Source: Azolla caroliniana
Lineage: Eukaryota > Plantae > Polypodiophyta
Reading direction: 5' to 3'
DNA length: 64,000 nucleotides
NCBI GenBank assembly: GCA_043228905.1
Contig: JBHGNT010000016.1
Coordinates: 124,001 to 188,000 of the forward strand
The notes beneath the pieces are model-generated. The model searched no databases, was not told the DNA's origin, and saw only the letters and a program-made list of their open reading frames with translations. Positions 11,601-23,800 of this stretch are shown piece after piece (positions within the stretch are counted from its first letter, which is position 1; every line of letters begins with the position of its first letter). A program made the translations under genes and the position numbers.

Positions 11601-11829
11601 TGTTTGAACACAAAAATCCGATATCACACGAGCCTGGTATGAACATTTTCATTTACTAACGCGCTCTTCTGCACTACGTCCTCAAATTTGCTAATTTCTT
11701 CATGTCTCTCCACCTAAGTTTAAAAATCTTCATTTTTTAATTCCATAACATAGCTAGCATTGTTAGCTTCGATTTGCATGTTTGAACACAGAAATCCGGT
11801 ATCACACGAGCCTGGTATGAACATTTTAA

Positions 11830-11850
11830 TTTAGGGTTTAGGGTTTAGGG
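11830..11850 (+). repeat. Interstitial plant telomeric tract (TTTAGGG)3 in a satellite monomer, copy 1
   Basis: acattttaa-TTTAGGGTTTAGGGTTTAGGG-tttaatttactaac. Confidence 0.95.
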
Positions 11851-14849
11851 TTTAATTTACTAACGCGCTCTTCTCCACTACCTCCTCAAATTTGCTAATT
11901 TCTTCATGTCTCTCGACCTGAGTTTCAAAATCTTGATTTTTTAATTCCATAACATAGCTAGCGCTGTTAGCTTCGATTCACATGTTTGAACACAAAAATC
12001 CGATATCACACGAGCCACGGATGAACATTTTAATTTACCTACTAGCGCTTGTCAACTCCTTCCTCAAATTTGCTAATTTCTTCATGTCTCTCGACCTGAG
12101 TTTCAAAATCTTGATTTTTTAATTCCATAACATAGCTAGCGTTGTTAGCTTCGATTCGCATGTTTGAACACAGAAATCCGGTATCACACGAGCCTGGTAT
12201 GAACATTTTAATTTACTAACGCGCTCTTCTCCACTACGTCCTCAAATTTGCTAATTTCTTCATGTCTCTCGACCTGAGTTTCAAAATCTTGATTTTTTAA
12301 TTCCATAACATAGCTAGCGTTGTTAGCTTCGATTCGCATGTTTGAACACAAAAATCCGGTATCACACGAGCCTGGTATGAACATTTTAATTTACTAACGC
12401 GCTCTTCTCCACTACCTCCTCAGATTTGCTAATTTCTTCATGTCTCTCGACCTGAGTTTCAAAATCTTGATTTTTTAATTCCATAACATACCTAGCGTTG
12501 TTAGCTTCGATTCGCATGTTTGAACACAGAAATCCGGTATCACACGAGCCTGGTATGAACATTTTCATTTACTAACGCGCTCTTCTCCACTACCTCCTCA
12601 AATTTGCTAATTTCTTCATGTCTCTCGACCTGAGTTTCAAAATCTTGATTTTTGAATTCCATAACATAGCTAGCGCTGTTAGCTTTGATTCACATGTTTG
12701 AACACAAAAATCCGATATCACACGACGCACGGATGAACATTTTAATTTACCTACTAGCGCTTGTCAACTCCTTCCTCAAATTTGCTAATTTCTTCATGTC
12801 TCTCGACCTGAGTTTCAAAATCTTGATTTTTTAATTCCATAACATAGCTAGCGTTGTTAGCTTCGATTCGCATGTTTGAACACAGAAATCCGGTATCACA
12901 CGAGCCTGTTATGAACATTTTAATTTACTAACGCGCTCTTCTCCACTACGTCCTCAAATTTGCTAATTTCTTCATGTCTCTCGACCTGAGTTTCAAAATC
13001 TTGATTTTTTAATTCCATAATATAGCTAGCGTTGTTAGCTTCGATTCGCATGTTTGAATACAAAAATCCGATATCCCACGAGCCACGGATGAATATTTTA
13101 ATTTACCTACTAGCGCTTGTCAACTCCCTCCTCAAATTTGCTAATTTCTTCATGTCTCTTGACCTGAGTTTCAAAATCTTGATTAATTAATTCCATAACA
13201 TAGCTAGCATTGTTAGGTTCAATTCGCATGTTTGAACACAGAAATCCGATATCACACGAGCTAGGTATGAACATTTTAATTTACTAACGTGCTCTTCTCC
13301 ACTACCTCCTCGAATTTGCTAATTTCTTCATGTCTCTCAACCTAATTTTAAAAATATTGATTTTTTAATTCCATATCAGAGCTAGCGTTGTTAGCTTCGA
13401 TTCGCATGTTTGAACACAAAAATCCGATATCACACGAGCCTGGTATGAACATTTTAATTTACTAACGCGCTGTTCTCCACTACGTCCTCAAATTTGCTAA
13501 TTTCTTCATGTCTCTCCACCTAAGTTTAAAAATCTTGATTTTTTAATTCCATAACATAGCTAGCATTGTTAGCTTCGATTTGCATGTTTGAACACAGAAA
13601 TCCGGTATCACACGAGCCTGGTATGAACATTTTAATTTACTAACGCGCTCTTCTCCACTAGCTCCTCAAATTTGCTAATTTCTTCATGTCTCTCAACCTA
13701 ATTTTAAAAATATTGATTTTTTAATTCCATATCAGACGAGCCACGGATGAACATTTTAATTTACCTACTAGCGCTTGTCAACTCCCTCCTCAAATTTGCT
13801 AATTTCTTCATGTCTCTCGACCTGAGTTTCAAAATCTTGATTTTTTAATTCCATAACATAGCTAGCGTTGTTAGCTTCGATTCGCATGTTTGAACACAGA
13901 AATCCGGTATCACACGAGCTTGGTATGAACATTTTAATTTACTAACGTGCTCTTCTCCACTACGTCCTCAAATTTGCTAATTTCTTCATGTCTCTCCACC
14001 TAAGTTTAAAAATCTTGATTTTTTAATTCCATAACATAGCTAGCATTGTTAGCTTCGATTTGCATGTTTGAACACAGAAATCCGGTATCACACGAGCCTG
14101 GTATGAACATTTTAATTTACTAACGCGCTCTTCTCCACTAGCTCCTCAAATTTGCTAATTTCTTCATGTCTCTCAACCTAATTTTAAAAATATTGATTTT
14201 TTAATTCCATATCAGACGAGCCACGGATGAACATTTTAATTTACCTACTAGCGCTTGTCAACTCCTTCCTCAAATTTGCTAATTTCTTCATGTCTCTCGA
14301 CCTGAGTTTCAAAATCTTGATTTTTTAATTCCATAACATAGCTAGCGTTGTTAGCTTCGATTTGCATGTTTGAACACAGAAATCCGGTATCACACGAGCT
14401 TGGTATGAACATTTTAATTTACTAACGTGCTCTTCTCCACTACGTCCTCAAATTTGCTAATTTCTTCATGTCTCTCGACCTGAGTTTCAAAATCTTCATT
14501 TTTTAATTCCATAACATAGCTAGCGTTGTTAGCTTCGATTCGCATGTTTGAATACAAAAGTGCGATATCCCACGAGCCACGGATGAACATTTTAATTTAC
14601 CTACTAGCGCTTGTCAACTCCCTCCTCAACGCGCTCTTCTCCACTACCTCCTCAAATTTGCTAATTTCTTCATGTCTCTCGACCTGAGTTTCAAAATCTT
14701 GATTTTTGAATTCGATAACATAGCTAGCGCTGTTAGCTTCGATTCACATGTTTGAACACAAAAATCCGATATCACACAAGTCACGGATGAACATTTTAAT
14801 TTACCTACTAGCGCTTGTCAACTCCCTCCTCAAATTTGCTAATTTCTTC

Positions 14850-17800
14850 ATGTCTCTCGACCTGAGTTTCAAAATCTTGATTTTTTAATTCCATATTAGA
14901 GCTAGCGTTGTTAGCTTCGATTCGCATGTTTGAACATAGAAATCTGATATCACACGAGCCACGGATGAACATTTTAATTTACCTACTAGCGCTTGTCAAC
15001 TCCCTCCTCAAATTTGCTAATTTCTTCATGTCTCTCGACCTGAGTTTCAAAATCTTGATTTTTTAATTCCATAACATAGCTAGCGTTGTTAGCTTCGATT
15101 CGCATGTTTGAACACAGAAATCCGGTATCACACGAGCCTGGTATGAACATTTTAATTTTCTAACGCGCTCTTCTCCACTACGTCCTCAAATTTGCTAATT
15201 TCTTCATGTCTCTCGACCTGAGTTTCAAAATCTTGATTTTTTAATTCCATAACATAGCTAGCGTTGTTAGCTTCGATTCGCCTGTTTGAATACAAAAATC
15301 CGATATCCCACGAGCTAGGTATGAACATTTTAATTTACTAACGTGCTCTTCTCCACTACCTCCTCAAATTTGCTAATTTCTTCATGTCTCGCAACCTAAT
15401 TTTCAAAATCTTGATTTTTTAATTCCATATCAGAGCTAGCGTTGTTAGCTTCGATTCGCGTGTTTGAACACAGAAATCCGATAGCACACGAGCTAGGTAT
15501 GAACATTTTAATTTACTAACACGCTGTTCTCCACTACCTCCTCAAATTTGCTAATTTCTTCATGTCTCTCGACCTGAGTTTCAAAATCTTGATTTTTTAA
15601 TTCCATAACATAGCTAGCGTTGTTAGCTTCGATTCGCATGTTTGAACACAGAAATCCGGTATCACACGAGCCTGGTATGAACATTTTAATTTACTAACGC
15701 GCTCTTCTCCACTACGTCCTCAAATTTGCTAATTTCTTCATGTCTCTCGACCTGAGTTTCAAAATCTTGATTTTTTAATTCCATAACATAGCTAGCGCTG
15801 TTAGCTTCGATTCACATGTTTGAACACAAAAATCCGATATCACACGAGCCACGGATGAACATTTTAATTTACCTACTAGCGCTTGTCAACTCCTTCCTCA
15901 AATTTGCTAATTTCTTCATGTCTCTCGACCTGAGTTTCAAAATCTTGATTTTTGAATTCCATAACATAGCTAGCGTTGTTAGCTTCGATTCGCATATTTG
16001 AATACAAAAATCCGATTTCCCACGAGCCACGGATGAACATTTTAATTTACCTACTAGCGCTTGTCAACTCCCTCCTCAAATTTGCTAATTTCTTCATGTG
16101 TCTTGACCTGAGTTTCAAAATCTTGATTAATTAATTCTATAACATAGCTAGCATTGTTAGCTTCAATTCGCATGTTTGAACACAGAAATACGATATCACA
16201 CGAGCTAGGTATGAACATTTTAATTTACTAACGCGCTCTTCTCCACTACGTCCTCAAATTTGCTAATTTCTTCATGTCTCTCCACCTAAGTTTAAAAATC
16301 TTGATTTTTTAATTCCATAACATAGCTAGCATTGTTAGCTTCGATTTGCATGTTTGAACACAGAAATCCGGTATCACACGAGCCTGGTATGAACATTTCA
16401 TTTACTAACGCGCTCTTCTCCACTACCTCCTCAAATTTCCTAATTTCTTCATGTCTCTCGACCTGAGTTTCAAAATCTTGATTTTTTAATTCCATATTAG
16501 AGCTAGCGTTGTTAGCTTCGATTCGCATGTTTGAACATAGAAATCTGATATCACACGAGCCACGGATGAACATTTTAATTTACCTACTAGCGCTTGTCAA
16601 CTCCCTCCTCAAATTTGCTAATTTCTTCATGTCTCTCGACCTGAGTTTCAAAATCTTGATTTTTTAATTCCATAACATAGCTAGCGTTGTTAGCTTCGAT
16701 TCGCATGTTTGAACACAGAAATCCGGTATCACACGAGCCTGGTATGAACATTTTAATTTTCTAACGCGCTCTTCTCCACTACGTCCTCAAATTTGCTAAT
16801 TTCTTCATGTCTCTCGACCTGAGTTTCAAAATCTTGATTTTTTAATTCCATAACATAGCTAGCGTTGTTAGCTTCGATTCGCCTGTTTGAATACAAAAAT
16901 CTGATATCCCACGAGCTAGGTATGAACATTTTAATTTACTAACGTGCTCTTCTCCACTACCTCCTCAAATTTGCTAATTTCTTCATGTCTCGCAACCTAA
17001 TTTTCAAAATCTTGATTTTTTAATTCCATATCAGAGCTAGCGTTGTTAGCTTCGATTCGCGTGTTTGAACACAGAAATCCGATAGCACACGAGCTAGGTA
17101 TGAACATTTTAATTTACTAACACGCTGTTCTCCACTACCTCCTCAAATTTGCTAATTTCTTCATGTCTCTCGACCTGAGTTTCAAAATCTTGATTTTTTA
17201 ATTCCATAACATAGCTAGCGTTGTTAGCTTCGATTCGCATGTTTGAACACAGAAATCCGGTATCACACGAGCCTGGTATGAACATTTTAATTTACTAACG
17301 CGCTCTTCTCCACTACGTCCTCAAATTTGCTAATTTCTTCATGTCTCTCGACCTGAGTTTCAAAATCTTGATTTTTTAATTCCATAACATAGCTAGCGCT
17401 GTTAGCTTCGATTCACATGTTTGAACACAAAAATCCGATATCACACGAGCCACGGATGAACATTTTAATTTACCTACTAGCGCTTGTCAACTCCTTCCTC
17501 AAATTTGCTAATTTCTTCATGTCTCTCGACCTGAGTTTTAAAATCTTGATTTTTGAATTCCATAACATAGCTAGCGTTGTTAGCTTCGATTCGCATATTT
17601 GAATACAAAAATCCGATTTCCCACGAGCCACGGATGAACATTTTAATTTACCTACTAGCGCTTGTCAACTCCCTCCTCAAATTTGCTAATTTCTTCATGT
17701 CTCTTGACCTGAGTTTCAAAATCTTGATTAATTAATTCTATAACATAGCTAGCATTGTTAGCTTCAATTCGCATGTTTGAACACAGAAATACGATATCAC

Positions 17801-20800
17801 ACGAGCTAGGTATGAACATTTTAATTTACTAACGTGCTCTTCTCCACTACCTCCTCAAATTTGCTAATTTCTTCATGTCTCTCAACCTAATTTTAAAAAT
17901 CTTGATTTTTTAATTCCATATCAGAGCTAGCGTTGTTAGCTTCAATTCGCAGGTTTGAACACAGAAATCCGAAATCACACGAGCTAGGTATGAACATTTT
18001 AATTTACTAACGCGCTCTTCTCCACTACGTCCTCAAATTTGCTAATTTCTTCATGTCTCTCCACCTAAGTTTAAAAATCTTGATTTTTTAATTCCATAAC
18101 ATAGCTAGCATTGTTAGCTTCGATTTGCATGTTTGAACACAGAAATCCGGTATCACACGAGCCTGGTATGAACATTTCATTTACTAACGCGCTCTTCTCC
18201 ACTACCTCCTCAAATTTGCTAATTTCTTCATGTCTCTCGACCTGAGTTTCAAAATCTTGATTTTTTAATTCCATATTAGAGCTAGCGTTGTTAGCTTCGA
18301 TTCGCATGTTTGAACATAGAAATCTGATATCACACGAGCCACGGATGAACATTTTAATTTACCTACTAGCGCTTGTCAACTCCCTCCTCAAATTTGCTAA
18401 TTTCTTCATGTCTCTCGACCTGAGTTTCAAAATCTTGATTTTTTAATTCCATAACATAGCTAGCGTTGTTAGCTTCGATTCGCATGTTTGAACACAGAAA
18501 TCCGGTATCACACGAGCCTGGTATGAACATTTTAATTTTCTAACGCGCTCTTCTCCACTACGTCCTCAAATTTGCTAATTTCTTCATGTCTCTCGACCTG
18601 AGTTTCAAAATCTTGATTTCTTAATTCCATAACATAGCTAGCGTTGTTAGCTTCGATTCGCCTGTTTGAATACAAAAATCCGATATCCCACGAGCTAGGT
18701 ATGAACATTTTAATTTACTAACGTGCTCTTCTCCACTACCTCCTCAAATTTGCTAATTTCTTCATGTCTCGCAACCTAATTTTCAAAATCTTGATTTTTT
18801 AATTCCATATCAGAGCTAGCGTTGTTAGCTTCGATTCGCGTGTTTGAACACAGAAATCCGATAGCACACGAGCTAGGTATGAACATTTTAATTTACTAAC
18901 ACGCTGTTCTCCACTACCTCCTCAAATTTGCTAATTTCTTCATGTCTCTCGACCTGAGTTTCAAAATCTTGATTTTTTAATTCCATAACATAGCTAGCGT
19001 TGTTAGCTTCGATTCGCATGTTTGAACACAGAAATCCGGTATCACACGAGCCTGGTATGAACATTTTAATTTACTAACGCGCTCTTCTCCACTACGTCCT
19101 CAAATTTGCTAATTTCTTCATGTCTCTCGACCTGAGTTTCAAAATCTTGATTTTTTAATTCCATAACATAGCTAGCGCTGTTAGCTTCGATTCACATGTT
19201 TGAACACAAAAATCCGATATCACACGAGCCACGGATGAACATTTTAATTTACCTACTAGCGCTTGTCAACTCCTTCCTCAAATTTGCTAATTTCTTCATG
19301 TCTCTCGACCTGAGTTTCAAAATCTTGATTTTTGAATTCCATAACATAGCTAGCGTTGTTAGCTTCGATTCGCATATTTGAATACAAAAATCCGATTTCC
19401 CACGAGCCACGGATGAACATTTTAATTTACCTACTAGCGCTTGTCAACTCCCTCCTCAAATTTGCTAATTTCTTCATGTCTCTTGACCTGAGTTTCAAAA
19501 TCTTGATTAATTAATTCTATAACATAGCTAGCATTGTTAGCTTCAATTCGCATGTTTGAACACAGAAATACGATATCACACGAGCTAGGTATGAACATTT
19601 TAATTTACTAACGCGCTCTTCTCCACTACGTCCTCAAATTTGCTAATTTCTTCATGTCTCTCCACCTAAGTTTAAAAATCTTGATTTTTTAATTCCATAA
19701 CATAGCTAGCATTGTTAGCTTCGATTTGCATGTTTGAACACAGAAATCCGGTATCACACGAGCCTGGTATGAACATTTCATTTACTAACGCGCTCTTCTC
19801 CACTACCTCCTCAAATTTGCTAATTTCTTCATGTCTCTCGACCTGAGTTTCAAAATCTTGATTTTTTAATTCCATATTAGAGCTAGCGTTGTTAGCTTCG
19901 ATTCGCATGTTTGAACATAGAAATCTGATATCACACGAGCCACGGATGAACATTTTAATTTACCTACTAGCGCTTGTCAACTCCCTCCTCAAATTTGCTA
20001 ATTTCTTCATGTCTCTCGACCTGAGTTTCAAAATCTTGATTTTTTAATTCCATAACATAGCTAGCGTTGTTAGCTTCGATTCGCATGTTTGAACACAGAA
20101 ATCCGGTATCACACGAGCCTGGTATGAACATTTTAATTTACTAACGCGCTCTTCTCCACTACGTCCTCAAATTTGCTAATTTCTTCATGTCTCTCGACCT
20201 GAGTTTCAAAATCTTGATTTTTTAATTCCATAACATAGCTAGCGCTGTTAGCTTCGATTCACATGTTTGAACACAAAAATCCGATATCACACGAGCCACG
20301 GATGAACATTTTAATTTACCTACTAGCGCTTGTCAACTCCTTCCTCAAATTTGCTAATTTCTTCATGTCTCTCGACCTGAGTTTCAAAATCTTGATTTTT
20401 GAATTCCATAACATAGCTAGCGTTGTTAGCTTCGATTCGCATATTTGAATACAAAAATCCGATTTCCCACGAGCCACGGATGAACATTTTAATTTACCTA
20501 CTAGCGCTTGTCAACTCCCTCCTCAAATTTGCTAATTTCTTCATGTCTCTTGACCTGAGTTTCAAAATCTTGATTAATTAATTCTATAACATAGCTAGCG
20601 TTGTTAGCTTCGATTCGCATGTTTGAACACAGAAATCCGGTATCACACGAGCCTGGTATGAACATTTTAATTTTCTAACGCGCTCTTCTCCACTACGTCC
20701 TCAAATTTGCTAATTTCTTCATGTCTCTCGACCTGAGTTTCAAAATCTTGATTTTTTAATTCCATAACATAGCTAGCGTTGTTAGCTTCGATTCGCATAT

Positions 20801-23800
20801 TTGAATACAAAAATCCGATTTCCCACGAGCCACGGATGAACATTTTAATTTACCTACTAGCGCTTGTCAACTCCCTCCTCAAATTTGCTAATTTCTTCAT
20901 GTCTCTTGACCTGAGTTTCAAAATCTTGATTAATTAATTCTATAACATAGCTAGCATTGTTAGCTTCAATTCGCATGTTTGAACACAGAAATACGATATC
21001 ACACGAGCTAGGTATGAACATTTTAATTTACTAACGTGCTCTTCTCCACTACCTCCTCAAATTTGCTAATTTCTTCATGTCTCTCAACCTAATTTTAAAA
21101 ATCTTGATTTTTTAATTCCATATCAGAGCTAGCGTTGTTAGCTTCAATTCGCATGTTTGAACACAGAAATCCGAAATCACACGAGCTAGGTATGAACATT
21201 TTAATTTACTAACGCGCTCTTCTCCACTACGTCCTCAAATTTGCTAATTTCTTCATGTCTCTCCACCTAAGTTTAAAAATCTTGATTTTTTAATTCCATA
21301 ACATAGCTAGCATTGTTAGCTTCGATTTGCATGTTTGAACACAGAAATCCGGTATCACACGAGCCTGGTATGAACATTTCATTTACTAACGCGCTCTTCT
21401 CCACTACCTCCTCAAATTTGCTAATTTCTTCATGTCTCTCGACCTGAGTTTCAAAATTTTGATTTTTTAATTCCATAACATAGCTAGCGCTGTTAGCTTC
21501 GATTCACATGTTTGAACACACAAATCCGATATCACACGAGCCACGGATGAACATTTTAATTTACCTACTAGCGCTTGTCAACTCCCTCCTCAAATTTGCT
21601 AATTTCTTCATGTCTCTCGACCTGAGTTTCAAAATCTTGATTTTTTAATTCCATAACATAGCTAGCGTTGTTAGCTTCGATTCGCATGTTTGAACACAGA
21701 AATCCGGTATCACACGAGCCTGGTATGAACATTTTAATTTTCTAACGCGCTCTTCTCCACTACGTCCTCAAATTTGCTAATTTCTTCATGTCTCTCGACC
21801 TGAGTTTCAAAATCTTGATTTTTTAATTCCATAACATAGCTAGCGTTGTTAGCTTCGATTCGCCTGTTTGAATACAAAAATCCGATATCCCACGAGCTAG
21901 GTATGAACATTTTAATTTACTAACGTGCTCTTCTCCACTACCTCCTCAAATTTGCTAATTTCTTCATGTCTCGCAACCTAATTTTCAAAATCTTGATTTT
22001 TTAATTCCATATCAGAGCTAGCGTTGTTAGCTTCGATTCGCGTGTTTGAACACAGAAATCCGATAGCACACGAGCTAGGTATGAACATTTTAATTTACTA
22101 ACACGCTGTTCTCCACTACCTCCTCAAATTTGCTAATTTCTTCATGTCTCTCGACCTGAGTTTCAAAATCTTGATTTTTTAATTCCATAACATAGCTAGC
22201 GTTGTTAGCTTCGATTCGCATGTTTGAACACAGAAATCCGGTATCACACGAGCCTGGTATGAACATTTTAATTTACTAACGCGCTCTTCTCCACTACGTC
22301 CTCAAATTTGCTAATTTCTTCATGTCTCTCGACCTGAGTTTCAAAATCTTGATTTTTTAATTCCATAACATAGCTAGCGCTGTTAGCTTCGATTCACATG
22401 TTTGAACACAAAAATCCGATATCACACGAGCCACGGATGAACATTTTAATTTACCTACTAGCGCTTGTCAACTCCTTCCTCAAATTTGCTAATTTCTTCA
22501 TGTCTCTCGACCTGAGTTTTAAAATCTTGATTTTTGAATTCCATAACATAGCTAGCGTTGTTAGCTTCGATTCGCATATTTGAATACAAAAATCCGATTT
22601 CCCACGAGCCACGGATGAACATTTTAATTTACCTACTAGCGCTTGTCAACTCCCTCCTCAAATTTGCTAATTTCTTCATGTCTCTTGACCTGAGTTTCAA
22701 AATCTTGATTAATTAATTCTATAACATAGCTAGCATTGTTAGCTTCAATTCGCATGTTTGAACACAGAAATACGATATCACACGAGCTAGGTATGAACAT
22801 TTTAATTTACTAACGTGCTCTTCTCCACTACCTCCTCAAATTTGCTAATTTCTTCATGTCTCTCAACCTAATTTTAAAAATCTTGATTTTTTAATTCCAT
22901 ATCAGAGCTAGCGTTGTTAGCTTCAATTCGCAGGTTTGAACACAGAAATCCGAAATCACACGAGCTAGGTATGAACATTTTAATTTACTAACGCGCTCTT
23001 CTCCACTACGTCCTCAAATTTGCTAATTTCTTCATGTCTCTCCACCTAAGTTTAAAAATCTTGATTTTTTAATTCCATAACATAGCTAGCATTGTTAGCT
23101 TCGATTTGCATGTTTGAACACAGAAATCCGGTATCACACGAGCCTGGTATGAACATTTCATTTACTAACGCGCTCTTCTCCACTACCTCCTCAAATTTGC
23201 TAATTTCTTCATGTCTCTCGACCTGAGTTTCAAAATCTTGATTTTTTAATTCCATATTAGAGCTAGCGTTGTTAGCTTCGATTCGCATGTTTGAACATAG
23301 AAATCTGATATCACACGAGCCACGGATGAACATTTTAATTTACCTACTAGCGCTTGTCAACTCCCTCCTCAAATTTGCTAATTTCTTCATGTCTCTCGAC
23401 CTGAGTTTCAAAATCTTGATTTTTTAATTCCATAACATAGCTAGCGTTGTTAGCTTCGATTCGCATGTTTGAACACAGAAATCCGGTATCACACGAGCCT
23501 GGTATGAACATTTTAATTTTCTAACGCGCTCTTCTCCACTACGTCCTCAAATTTGCTAATTTCTTCATGTCTCTCGACCTGAGTTTCAAAATCTTGATTT
23601 TTTAATTCCATAACATAGCTAGCGTTGTTAGCTTCGATTCGCCTGTTTGAATACAAAAATCCGATATCCCACGAGCTAGGTATGAACATTTTAATTTACT
23701 AACGTGCTCTTCTCCACTACCTCCTCAAATTTGCTAATTTCTTCATGTCTCGCAACCTAATTTTCAAAATCTTGATTTTTTAATTCCATATCAGAGCTAG

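Noticed and set aside
11830-11850. Telomeric tracts as a chromosome end, fusion scar or G-quadruplex
   Set aside because: Only three units, one orientation, no head-to-head junction, and the satellite continues in register on both sides.
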